From Myxococcota bacterium (GTDB taxonomy: Bacteria > Myxococcota_A > Polyangia > Polyangiales > Sandaracinaceae), in contig JAYZQJ010000277.1 of NCBI GenBank assembly GCA_036149055.1, positions 1 to 33,560 on the forward strand: a DNA stretch of 33,560 nucleotides, read 5' to 3'. Shown here in pieces: positions 7,950-16,497 of the stretch; position 1 is the first letter of the stretch; each line of letters starts with the position of its first letter. Below the pieces are notes generated by a model. It made no database searches, was not told the DNA's origin, and saw nothing but the letters and a program-made list of their open reading frames with translations. Position numbers and translations under genes: made by a program.

Positions 7950-8130
7950 CGAGATGTTGCCTCCGTCCTTCAGTTCAGGCGCTCGCCCCGTCCACCGCGC
8001 CACGTCCGACCGTAGGTTCAACGTGGTGCCGAGGCCGGACTGCCGTCAAGGTAGCGCGGTGTGCGTGTCGCACCGCAACATCGCTCTACCTTCGGGAGCC
8101 GCCGGGGCCCCCGACGAGCCACCCATCGAG

Positions 8131-8307
8131 TCAATCTTCGGACGCACGCCCGGTGGCGCGCATTCCATGCCTTTGGATCAGCCGCCTCGTGCGCGCCTTG
8201 GCCGCTCTCTCGCCACGCTGGACCGCGAGCCGGACGAGCACCACTCCGATCAGCGAGCTCACGAGGAGCGCGATCGGGATCGTGAAGTCGACGTCGAGGT
8301 GAGCCAT
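8131..8307 (-). CDS. Small single-pass membrane protein (58 aa), not in the ORF track
   Basis: ATG 8307 to TGA 8131: MAHLDVDFTIPIALLVSSLIGVVLVRLAVQRGERAAKARTRRLIQRHGMRATGRASED; hydrophobic helix followed by a basic tail; strong C/G third-position bias in the first half. Confidence 0.55.
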   Translation of the reverse strand: MAHLDVDFTIPIALLVSSLIGVVLVRLAVQRGERAAKARTRRLIQRHGMRATGRASED

Positions 8308-8357
8308 CGTCTCGGAGAGCGCGCCACGGGGCGCTCGGAGGTCCCACTATCGTGGTG

Positions 8358-11042
8358 ATGCCTTCCTGGGGTCTCTGCAAGGTTTCGTCGGTGGTCCTGG
8401 CCCTCGGGCTCGCGGCTTCGACGGCCCGCGCGGCGGTCCCCGAGCGCTACGAGGTGGAGGCGACGGTGGATCGCGCGTCGGCCACCGTGACCGCCCGGGT
8501 CCGGATCACGGTCCGCCTGGAGCCGGACGAGCGGCACGTCCGGCTCTGGCTCTACCCGGAGCGGCTGCGCGAGACGCCGCGCGCGATGGACGAGCGCTCG
8601 TGGCGCTGGATCTTCCCGGGGGAGGTCGACCGGGGCGGGATCGAGGTGAGAGGTCTCACCGTCGACGGAGTCGCGGTCGAGCCGGAGACGATCCGGGCGG
8701 CGCGGGGGGATCCGCGCGGCCAGGACGTCGCCGGCACCGATCTGCGCGTGCCGGCCCGCGGCGAGCGGGTGACGATCGCGCTCGAGCTCACCCTCCGGGT
8801 GCCGGGCCGCTTCGGCCGCCTGGGGCGCGCCGGCGATCTCCTGAGCGCGGCCGCGCCCTGGTACCCGCTGGTGGTCGGCGAGGACGACGCGTTCGACTTC
8901 GACGCGACGCACGACGTCGCGGTGCGGGCGCCCGGGGCGGAGCTGTCGCTCGGCGCCGCGCCCTTCGAGGGAGAGGGCCGGGTCACGCGGCGAGGCGCCT
9001 ACGTCCCGCTCACCGTCGCCCCCCGCCTGCACGAGCGCCGGATCGAGGCTCTCGGCGCCACCCTCGTGCTCCGCTCCGCGTCGCCCATCCCCACGCGGCC
9101 GCCGCCCGCGCGCCGCGGCGAGGCGGGGCTCATCGATCTGACCGACGTCGACCTGGAGACGCGGATCCGCGAGGTGGCGGTCGAGGCGATCCGGACCGCG
9201 CGGGCCTTCGGCATCGAGGTGCCGCCCGAGATCGTGATGACGCCGATCCCGTCGCGCACCGAGCTGGTCGCGACCGCGCCCTCGGTGGTGCTCTACTCGG
9301 ACCGGCTCTTCCAGATCTTCCCGATCGACCAGACCCTCCAGTTCCACCGCCGCGCGCTCCAGCGGGCGCTCTTCGCGCACCTCGCCGCGCCGCTCGCCGC
9401 GGTCGACGCCCCGGCCGACCGCGGGTGGGCGACGGATCTGCGAGCGGTGGTGCTCGTCGATCTCGACGGAGCGCGCCGGAGCGCGGGCGCCCAGACCCCG
9501 CAGGAGCTGCTCTCGCTCTTCGCCTTCCACCCCGCCGTCGATCAGCTCCTCTACGCGCCGCAGATCGCCTTCGAGGACGCCTACTTCGCCGCGATCGAGG
9601 AGCGAGACCCCTTCCGGGACGACCCGGTGCGCGCGCGGCGCCCGCTGTCGCGCGGCCGGCGCCTGCTCGAGATGGGCCGGGACGCGCTGGACGAGGAGGC
9701 GTTCACGCGGTGGGTGGCGATGCTGGTGAACGCGCGGCGCCCCGCCCGGGAGGCGCTGTCCGAGGCGGCGCCGGCGCTCGCCGATCGGCTCCCGGGCTGG
9801 CTCGCCGCGACCGGCGCGCCGGTGAACTACCGGCTGGGGGAGCGCACGAGCGAGCGGCTCGACGACGGCCGCTGGCGCCACACCATCGTCGTGCACCGCG
9901 AGGGCGCCGATCGGGTGGAGCCGGTCGAGGTGCTGGTGGTCGACGACCGCGGCAACCGCGAGACGCTCGTCTGGGAGGCGGCCGGCCCGCGCGGGGAGCT
10001 CACCTGGGAGACCGAGGGCGCGCTGACCGACGTGCTCGTCGATCCCCGCTACCGCCTCCCGCAGAGCCCGGACATCGCGGACGGGCACCCGCGGGTCGAC
10101 GACGCCACCGACCTGCCGTGGCGGCCTCCGATCCTCAACGGGTTCCTCTTCAACCTGCTCGTGAGCGAGGGCGACTTCACCGGCCTCATCGACTTCGCGC
10201 TGCGCCGTCGCTACGACCTCGAGCACACCTTCGGCTTCCGCCTCGAGCGCACCCGCGCCACGACGGGCGGCTTGATTCGCTACATCCAGGGCGTCGGCCC
10301 CAAGGTGCACACCAACCGGCGGGCGGGCGCGCTGAGCGCGGGGCTCGAATTCGACCGGCTCCACAGCTTCTTCGGCGACGGAGACCTCGGCGGGTGGCGC
10401 GCGCAGATCACGCTGAGCGGCGGGCTCAACACGGTGCGCTACGCGCTCGATCCGCGGGAGGGCTTCTGGGCGTCGGCGGCGCTGACCGGCGGCCTCGCGT
10501 TCCGCGACGACGGCACCCTCGGCCTGACGCTCCGGGGCGGCTCGCGCGGCGGCTTCGTGGTGCCGCTCGGGCTGGTCAACGCCTTCGTCCTGGTGGGCGG
10601 CGGCGGATTCACCGCGGGCGAGGCGCTGCCGAGCGAGCTCCAGACGATCGGCGGCAGCAACCGGCTGCGCGGCTACGAGAGCGGCGAGCTGCTCGGGCGC
10701 GGCGCGCTCTACCTCGTCGCCGAGCACCGCTGGAGCGCCTTCCGCGACCTCGCCATGAACCTCGCGCACCTGGTCTGGATCCGCGAGATCCAGCTCGCCG
10801 CGTTCGCCGGCGTGGCCGCCTCCTTCGCGACCACCGACGGCCGAGACGTCGCCGGCGCGGCCGACGTCGGCGCGGGCGTGCGCATCCACTACGAGTACGG
10901 CGGCGTGCAGCCCGGCGTCATCTCCCTCGACGTCGGCCTCCCGCTCGTCCGCGACGACGCCTGCGTCCGCAACGAAGGCGGCGACTGCCTCCGGGTCCGA
11001 AACCCGGTCGGCTTCTACATCGGCTTCGATCAGTACTTCTGA
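8358..11042 (+). CDS. Outer-membrane protein: M1-aminopeptidase-like N-terminal region fused to an Omp85/BamA-TamA-type beta-barrel
   Basis: Signal peptide (..TARA-A); M1-like segments YEVEATVD..VTARVRITV, LWLYPE, GRFG, PWYP, VLVDP..RLP; barrel loop-6 motif LRGY, DVGAGVR and C-terminal FYIGFDQYF. Confidence 0.75.
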   Translation: MPSWGLCKVSSVVLALGLAASTARAAVPERYEVEATVDRASATVTARVRITVRLEPDERHVRLWLYPERLRETPRAMDERSWRWIFPGEVDRGGIEVRGLTVDGVAVEPETIRAARGDPRGQDVAGTDLRVPARGERVTIALELTLRVPGRFGRLGRAGDLLSAAAPWYPLVVGEDDAFDFDATHDVAVRAPGAELSLGAAPFEGEGRVTRRGAYVPLTVAPRLHERRIEALGATLVLRSASPIPTRPPPARRGEAGLIDLTDVDLETRIREVAVEAIRTARAFGIEVPPEIVMTPIPSRTELVATAPSVVLYSDRLFQIFPIDQTLQFHRRALQRALFAHLAAPLAAVDAPADRGWATDLRAVVLVDLDGARRSAGAQTPQELLSLFAFHPAVDQLLYAPQIAFEDAYFAAIEERDPFRDDPVRARRPLSRGRRLLEMGRDALDEEAFTRWVAMLVNARRPAREALSEAAPALADRLPGWLAATGAPVNYRLGERTSERLDDGRWRHTIVVHREGADRVEPVEVLVVDDRGNRETLVWEAAGPRGELTWETEGALTDVLVDPRYRLPQSPDIADGHPRVDDATDLPWRPPILNGFLFNLLVSEGDFTGLIDFALRRRYDLEHTFGFRLERTRATTGGLIRYIQGVGPKVHTNRRAGALSAGLEFDRLHSFFGDGDLGGWRAQITLSGGLNTVRYALDPREGFWASAALTGGLAFRDDGTLGLTLRGGSRGGFVVPLGLVNAFVLVGGGGFTAGEALPSELQTIGGSNRLRGYESGELLGRGALYLVAEHRWSAFRDLAMNLAHLVWIREIQLAAFAGVAASFATTDGRDVAGAADVGAGVRIHYEYGGVQPGVISLDVGLPLVRDDACVRNEGGDCLRVRNPVGFYIGFDQYF

Positions 11043-11048
11043 GGAACG

Positions 11049-12371
11049 CTACTCGGACGCTGCGACCGGGAGCGCTTCGTACTCGTAGAAGCGGATGGTC
11101 TCGAGGCCGCGTGTAGCTGGGCGATAGCCCACCGGGACGCCGATCTCGGTGGGTCCGAGCACCGGCTGGCTTGGCACGATTCGGTCAGCGGGGGCGGTGT
11201 ACTCACGCTCGACATCGGACCGGGTGCCGTAGAGGGCGAAGCGCTCGAGTGTCTCGATCTCCCATACCCAACCGAAACGCTGCTGGCTCGATCCGCGGTA
11301 GGTGGGAAGCTCCAGTTCGGCGACACGACGAGGCGAGGCGACACCTTCGTCCACCATACGACCCGTCCACAGCTCCGCTCGCTCGTAGCGTGTGCCGGTG
11401 ATGCGGCCGATCAGCCGGTGCCAGGTCACGACGTCGCCGTGGCGCCTGAACATCGCCGCCTCGCCGTCTGTGTTGGGTGCGATGAGCACCTCGGAGGTGG
11501 CTTGGCCTGGGAGGAAGCGGACGACGTGCCAGCCGTCGGCGCGGAGCTCGCTGGCGTAGATGACGTCGTCTTGCATCATGTCGATGCCGGCGAAGCTGGG
11601 GAGGTCGAGGACGACGAGCGAGCCGTCGGCCTCCATGATCCAGTCGGTGCCGGAGGTGTCGAGTACGGATCGCTCGTCGGTGGTCCAGACCTTTCCCACG
11701 ATGGGGTAGCCGAGGGAGGGTCGTTCGTCGGCCAGCACCCAGCTCTCGAGCGGCTGGTCGAATCGGGCGCGGACGGGGTAGCTGGCGATCTCGTCGCCCC
11801 GGATGTGGACGAACGCAAAGGCGAAGGTGGAGGGGGTCAGCCCGAAGTTGCCCGCCCGGCAGACGTCATCCCGATCTTCGTCGACAGGGTACCGAAGCGT
11901 CAGCAGGGGCGTGCCATCGTCCCGCGCGACGGTCGTGTAGATCCACCACCCGGCGGGTAGGCGCACGGGTCGCGACCAGGTAAAGTACGAGTGCAGGTCA
12001 TCGGCGGCTGACTGCTCCTGCAAATAGAGCGGGCCGAGGTCGGCGCTCGCCCACGGCCAGTCGACCACTACCTGGCGACACCCCGCCTCCCCGGGGCACG
12101 GCTCGAACTGTAGCGGTGGCAGAGCCGCCGCCGGGTCCCGTGCGAACTCGACTCGGCATGCGGCCGGCAGGGCCGTCACATGAAGCCAGTTCGGATCGCT
12201 GCCGCCATCCGAGGCCGCGTCGCTCGCGTCCCATCCCCCGTCCCGCCCTCCGTCGAGCGCGCCGGAGTCCATCTCTGTGCCCGCGTCGAGGCCGGAGTCG
12301 GACGGCGGCGGAGTGGGCTCCCCGCAGGCCGTGAGGGCGCACGCCATGACGAGCTGGACAGCGCGCCTCAC
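11049..12371 (-). CDS. Hypothetical lipoprotein, Cys-containing N-domain and probable beta-rich body
   Basis: GTG 12371 overlaps the upstream TGA (GTGA); lipobox LTAC; D/G-rich linker DSGLDAG..DGGRDGG; atypical codon usage. Confidence 0.75.
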   Translation of the reverse strand: MRRAVQLVMACALTACGEPTPPPSDSGLDAGTEMDSGALDGGRDGGWDASDAASDGGSDPNWLHVTALPAACRVEFARDPAAALPPLQFEPCPGEAGCRQVVVDWPWASADLGPLYLQEQSAADDLHSYFTWSRPVRLPAGWWIYTTVARDDGTPLLTLRYPVDEDRDDVCRAGNFGLTPSTFAFAFVHIRGDEIASYPVRARFDQPLESWVLADERPSLGYPIVGKVWTTDERSVLDTSGTDWIMEADGSLVVLDLPSFAGIDMMQDDVIYASELRADGWHVVRFLPGQATSEVLIAPNTDGEAAMFRRHGDVVTWHRLIGRITGTRYERAELWTGRMVDEGVASPRRVAELELPTYRGSSQQRFGWVWEIETLERFALYGTRSDVEREYTAPADRIVPSQPVLGPTEIGVPVGYRPATRGLETIRFYEYEALPVAASE

Positions 12372-15300
12372 TGGAATGCCTCGCCCACGCCGCCGGGTTC
12401 GTTGACCCACTCCATCTCGTCGAACGCGACGCCGGCCGGACGCCAGCCGAGCTCGGGGTCGCGCACGAGGAAGGAGACTCCCTCCAGCGAGCCCTGGGCC
12501 CGTTGACCGAAGACGGGAAGGGCGCTGACGAAGCGGCGCATCTCGGTCAACGTACCCGAGGGTTCGACGCGCAGCACGTAGCCGATTACGCTCTCGCCGC
12601 CCTCCTGCCAGCCGAGCAGGGCCACGGTGCCGTCGGGCATGAGGGTGACGGCGTGCGAGTCGCGGAGCCCGATGGGAAACGTCGCGAGCTCCTTCACCTC
12701 GCCGGTGGCGAGGTCGACCCGGAGCACACGCTGCTGTCCGCTCGACGTGTCCACGACGAGGGCGCCGTGTGCGCCGTCGTCGAGTAGGGTTGCGGACTGC
12801 ACGGCGCCGAGGGGGGCGGTCAGCCCGCGCTCCCAGGAGTCTCCCGAGCGGAGATCGAGGCCAAGGACGCGGTCGCCCGCCACGAGGTGATGGGCCACGG
12901 CGGCGCGGCCATCCACGAGCAGGGCCGTGTCGGCCCCGAGCGGCACCGACAGGGGGACGCTGACGCTCAGCGCGTTCGTCAGCATGTCCTCGACGTGCGC
13001 GGCGACCTCCACCACGCCCCCGGCCCGCACACCGACGAAGTGAACATCAGCCGCTGCGAGATGGCTGGCCGGCTGCGCGGAGGCGACCCAGCTCAGCTCG
13101 GTGTCCAGCGCGAGCTGTTCGAACAGCGTCGCGTCCACCCGCTCCCCGAGGAGCTCCCGGAGCGGCGCCTCCAGCGACGCGAACGTTTGAGCCTCGTCGT
13201 ATCCGCCATACGCGATCTCGGGCCAGCGGATGCACAGATCGTCCCCGCCACACCGGAGCAGCCAGGTGGCGGGGAAGCCGAAGCGGCAGACGGGGCAGAT
13301 CTCCTGCGGGAGCCGGGACACCATCAGCTCGGCGAGCGCGACCGGGTCCGGTGCGCGCAGGCCGTCGACGCGCTCGAGCTCACCCGACCAGTAGTGGCTG
13401 GTGAAGTCGCGGTCCGCGGGCGCGCAGGACGCTGAGGCGGGGCACCCGAAGGGGTCCGGGGAGAGGGTGGGACTGGGCCCGCCGAAGACCGGGAACTGGC
13501 GGTCCTGATACTCGACGCCGTGGCCCCAGATGACGCCGCGGGCCCGCTCCACCAGGCCCGTGATGCCCGTGACGGGGACGCCCCAGCTCGCGAGGTCGCG
13601 GGTGAAGTCCCAGTGCGCGGTGAACGGCCGCTGGTCGACGCTCGCGTCAGCGTAACGGAGCACGGCTTCGGCGCTTGAAGTGGAATCGACGTCTTCCTCG
13701 TACGGAAACCGGAGGTGCTCGGGCGAGCGCCAATGGGCATCCGCTTCATCGTAGCGGCTCGGGTCGACGACTCCGCAGTTCGGGTCGAAAGGGCCCGCGA
13801 GCTGGCACGCGGCGCGCGCCTCTGGAGAGTCCTCGGTGACGTCGCACGCGCAAAAGCGGAACCCCGACCGGAGGGTGCCCTCGGCGCCCGGCCCCGCGAA
13901 GGGCACCCCGGTGAGGCTCGCGCTGCTGGCGGTGAAGCTGGCGCCGAGCTCGGAGTCGGCGACGCGCCGGCCCGGCCAGAACCGCGGACAGGGAGTGGGG
14001 TCACACGCGTCACCGCGCTCGCGAACGCCCGCCATGGCGCGGGCGCGCTCGCTGTCGATGTTGCAGTTCGCCTGGTCGGGATTTGGCGTGGCCACACAGT
14101 TGTCACACACGTCCCCGACGCCGTCGGCGTCCTCGTCCACCTGGTCACCGTTGGCGCAGTCCGCGGGGTTGGCGCAGCGCGACGGCGGGCAGTTGTCGCA
14201 GGTGTCGGGCACGCCGTCGCCGTCTGCGTCGGTGGGGTCCTGGGAGGCGTTGGGGGTGTCGGGGCAAATATCGCAATAGTCGCCGACAAGGTCCCCGTCC
14301 GAGTCCGGCTGATTTGCGTAGCGGTGGAGCTCCTCAGCTGGGGTCCCCGGCGGTGGGACGCAGTTGTCGCAGAACGCGTCCAGCTCCCCGTCGTCGTCGA
14401 CGTCGGTGGGGTCGACACGCCTAGCGCATGCGGTACCAAGTGCACCGCCCCTGCTCACTGGTACCCCTGAGGGCGACTCGGCAGCGGTCAGTGCGCGCAT
14501 CGCCGCGCAGCTTTCCTGCGCGGCGTCCCAGAGATCCGGGCAAACGTCGCAGGCGTCGCCGACCCGGTCTCCGTCCGTATCGAGCTGTGACGGGTTGTGG
14601 GAGGGGGCGCTGCTCCCCGGAGCCCAACGAGATCCCGGGCAGTTGTCACCGCCAGTCGACACCCAGCAAATCCCCGCGGTTGGTGGATCTGCCTCGACAC
14701 ACGTCGGGCTGACGGGACCCGAGGTGATCCGAAACTCGGAATAGCCATCCGCATCGAGATCGACGAGATTCGGATCTCCCCCCGCTGCGTCGGCCGTGCC
14801 TCGGTGCTGGCCATCCCCGTCGGGGTCCAAGAAGTCAGCCAGCCATGTGGCGGTCCGTGGCCCGAGAGGCAGTGAATATCGCCTGTCCATCTCCCCGAAA
14901 ACGTCCGCCCAGTTCGTGCCATATACTCGTCGAACTCCGTCCGCACCCACCAGGGTCCACGGCGCGCCTCCATCGAGCTTGCCCGCACCGCCTCCGACCT
15001 CCCAGCCGTCTGCGTTGACGATATCCAACCGATGGCGTGCGCCGTTTGCTGTGGTGATGGCCCATTCGCGGGCGGGATCGACCGTCGGGAAGAGCTCCGT
15101 GGCGCTGAAGGCGACGCGTCGAATACCGTTGTCAGTGCCAGTGGAGGTGGAGCCGCCGGCTCCTCCTCCGTAGCCGATGATATCTCCGCGCACGCCGCTG
15201 GACGCGAACAGCGCTCGGTCGGAAGACCCGTCGGGGTACGCGAGTGCAAAGGGGATGGGGGCCACTTGGCTGGCGGGGACGGGGGTTGGAAGGACGAGCA

Positions 15301-15958
15301 AGACCGACGCGGAGATGACGGTGTCACCTGGCGCCATGGGCTGTGGACAGTTGGCGAGGTAGTCGTTGTAGTGATACCAGAGCGAACTGATACCCGGGGG
15401 GTGTGCGTCGTCCACGAAGAGCACGCCCCAAAGCTCGGGAGGCGGAATATAGTAGCGCCCGCCACCGGCGGCGCTCGGGTCCTCGACCGTGGGATGCTGG
15501 CAGCATGGAGCCACTCCACTGGCCCGCAGTTCGAAGCAGCCGGATGCACGCCGATGGAACGATGACGGGCCATCGTCCACCGCGTTGGGCGCGCTTCCTA
15601 CTTCGATCGGATACAGCGGAAAGCGTGACGTCCCTGTTCGCAGCTGCCGAATGCTTCGAAACTCCCCCTGCTCAAAGATCCGACTACGGCCCGCGAGCAC
15701 GATGTTAGGGGTGATCAGCGTAGCTGACGCCGTGCAGCGGCTGATTGGCTCGTCCCAACCGCTGTCGACACACGTGCCGTCTGCGGTGCAGACAGGTAGA
15801 CACGCCACGGCGTCGAACTCCGGTTCGGGAGCAGGTCGCCCGCCCCTCACAGCGTAGCTGGCCGCGCCAGCGCTCGGGACAGGCGAGGCACAGGACGTCA
15901 GGATGAGGGCTACTGTCGTTGCGGCGAGTAGAAGGCGGCCGAGCGGGTGGGGCGTCAT
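12368..15958 (-). CDS. Large lipoprotein: trypsin-fold pseudo-protease, thrombospondin type-3 repeats and Cys-rich/beta-propeller-like C-terminus
   Basis: Lipobox LTSC; AVRGG (IVGG-like); ATLITPNIVL, IIGYGG, DGGAP trypsin-like segments; repeated DxDGDxVGDxCDxCP..NPxQ TSP3 units at about 14830-13990; 1196 aa open frame with its own promoter. Confidence 0.8.
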   Translation of the reverse strand: MTPHPLGRLLLAATTVALILTSCASPVPSAGAASYAVRGGRPAPEPEFDAVACLPVCTADGTCVDSGWDEPISRCTASATLITPNIVLAGRSRIFEQGEFRSIRQLRTGTSRFPLYPIEVGSAPNAVDDGPSSFHRRASGCFELRASGVAPCCQHPTVEDPSAAGGGRYYIPPPELWGVLFVDDAHPPGISSLWYHYNDYLANCPQPMAPGDTVISASVLLVLPTPVPASQVAPIPFALAYPDGSSDRALFASSGVRGDIIGYGGGAGGSTSTGTDNGIRRVAFSATELFPTVDPAREWAITTANGARHRLDIVNADGWEVGGGAGKLDGGAPWTLVGADGVRRVYGTNWADVFGEMDRRYSLPLGPRTATWLADFLDPDGDGQHRGTADAAGGDPNLVDLDADGYSEFRITSGPVSPTCVEADPPTAGICWVSTGGDNCPGSRWAPGSSAPSHNPSQLDTDGDRVGDACDVCPDLWDAAQESCAAMRALTAAESPSGVPVSRGGALGTACARRVDPTDVDDDGELDAFCDNCVPPPGTPAEELHRYANQPDSDGDLVGDYCDICPDTPNASQDPTDADGDGVPDTCDNCPPSRCANPADCANGDQVDEDADGVGDVCDNCVATPNPDQANCNIDSERARAMAGVRERGDACDPTPCPRFWPGRRVADSELGASFTASSASLTGVPFAGPGAEGTLRSGFRFCACDVTEDSPEARAACQLAGPFDPNCGVVDPSRYDEADAHWRSPEHLRFPYEEDVDSTSSAEAVLRYADASVDQRPFTAHWDFTRDLASWGVPVTGITGLVERARGVIWGHGVEYQDRQFPVFGGPSPTLSPDPFGCPASASCAPADRDFTSHYWSGELERVDGLRAPDPVALAELMVSRLPQEICPVCRFGFPATWLLRCGGDDLCIRWPEIAYGGYDEAQTFASLEAPLRELLGERVDATLFEQLALDTELSWVASAQPASHLAAADVHFVGVRAGGVVEVAAHVEDMLTNALSVSVPLSVPLGADTALLVDGRAAVAHHLVAGDRVLGLDLRSGDSWERGLTAPLGAVQSATLLDDGAHGALVVDTSSGQQRVLRVDLATGEVKELATFPIGLRDSHAVTLMPDGTVALLGWQEGGESVIGYVLRVEPSGTLTEMRRFVSALPVFGQRAQGSLEGVSFLVRDPELGWRPAGVAFDEMEWVNEPGGVGEAFQ

Positions 15959-15965
15959 GAAGGCG

Positions 15966-15993
15966 ATGCTACTAGTGTTGCTATGATTGTCAA
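15966..15993 (-). promoter_or_regulatory. Near-consensus sigma70 promoter, leaderless, for the 1196-aa gene
   Basis: Minus strand TTGACA (15993-15988), 16 nt, TAGCAT (15971-15966), 7 nt, ATG 15958; no SD. Confidence 0.7.
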
Positions 15994-16089
15994 TGTAGGG
16001 CGTCTCTGCAGCCTGGTGCTGTCGTGTGGCGAGTCGGCGAAGCGTCAGGTTTCGCCACAGGTTCGTCGCGCCTGTTCTGCCTTGTTCAG

Positions 16090-16106
16090 TTGGCGCGCAG
16101 GTTGCA
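16090..16106 (+). promoter_or_regulatory. Sigma54 (-24/-12) promoter
   Basis: TTGGCGCGCAGGTTGCA matches YTGGCACGNNNNTTGCW with GG-N10-GC spacing; followed by SD AAGGAG (16121) and ATG 16135. Confidence 0.7.
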
Positions 16107-16134
16107 GCGTGTCTGCTCGAAAGGAGAGACGAGC

Positions 16135-16377
16135 ATGCGACGCATCCTGATCACGAGCGCGCTCGTCGCCTCCGCGCTCTCGGTCTCCTTCGGCTGCCGC
16201 AGCACCGAGGAGGAGCTCGAGGACATGCGCGAAGACGTCGAGCGCCTGAACGAACGAGAAGAGGAGCGCGTGGTGCGCCCCGCGTCCCCGTTCGACGACG
16301 CGGTCCGGGCCATGGAGAGCCGCAGCAGCGACTACGGCTACGAGGCGCGGGAGCAGCCGGAGCCCGACTCCAAGTAG
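16135..16377 (+). CDS. Small acidic coiled-coil lipoprotein (80 aa)
   Basis: SD AAGGAG; MRRILITSALVASALSVSFGC lipobox; EEELEDMREDVERLNEREEE. Confidence 0.75.
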   Translation: MRRILITSALVASALSVSFGCRSTEEELEDMREDVERLNEREEERVVRPASPFDDAVRAMESRSSDYGYEAREQPEPDSK

Positions 16378-16497
16378 GCCAGCCGAGCAGGCCAGACGCG
16401 CCATCGAGCCATTCGAAGGCCGGCTTCGCATCTTTCGACCCTTCCGAAGCGTGGCCCCGGGACCAGAATCCCGACCACGAAACGGAGGATGAGAAAG

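Noticed and set aside
13990..14830. Repeated DNA suggesting a CRISPR array or DGR template
   Set aside because: These are degenerate protein-level TSP3 repeats; no identical repeats with spacers and no cas or reverse transcriptase gene.
11030..16100. Direct repeats, target-site duplication, tRNA or dif site at the cassette edges
   Set aside because: None found by eye, so it is not annotated as a mobile element.
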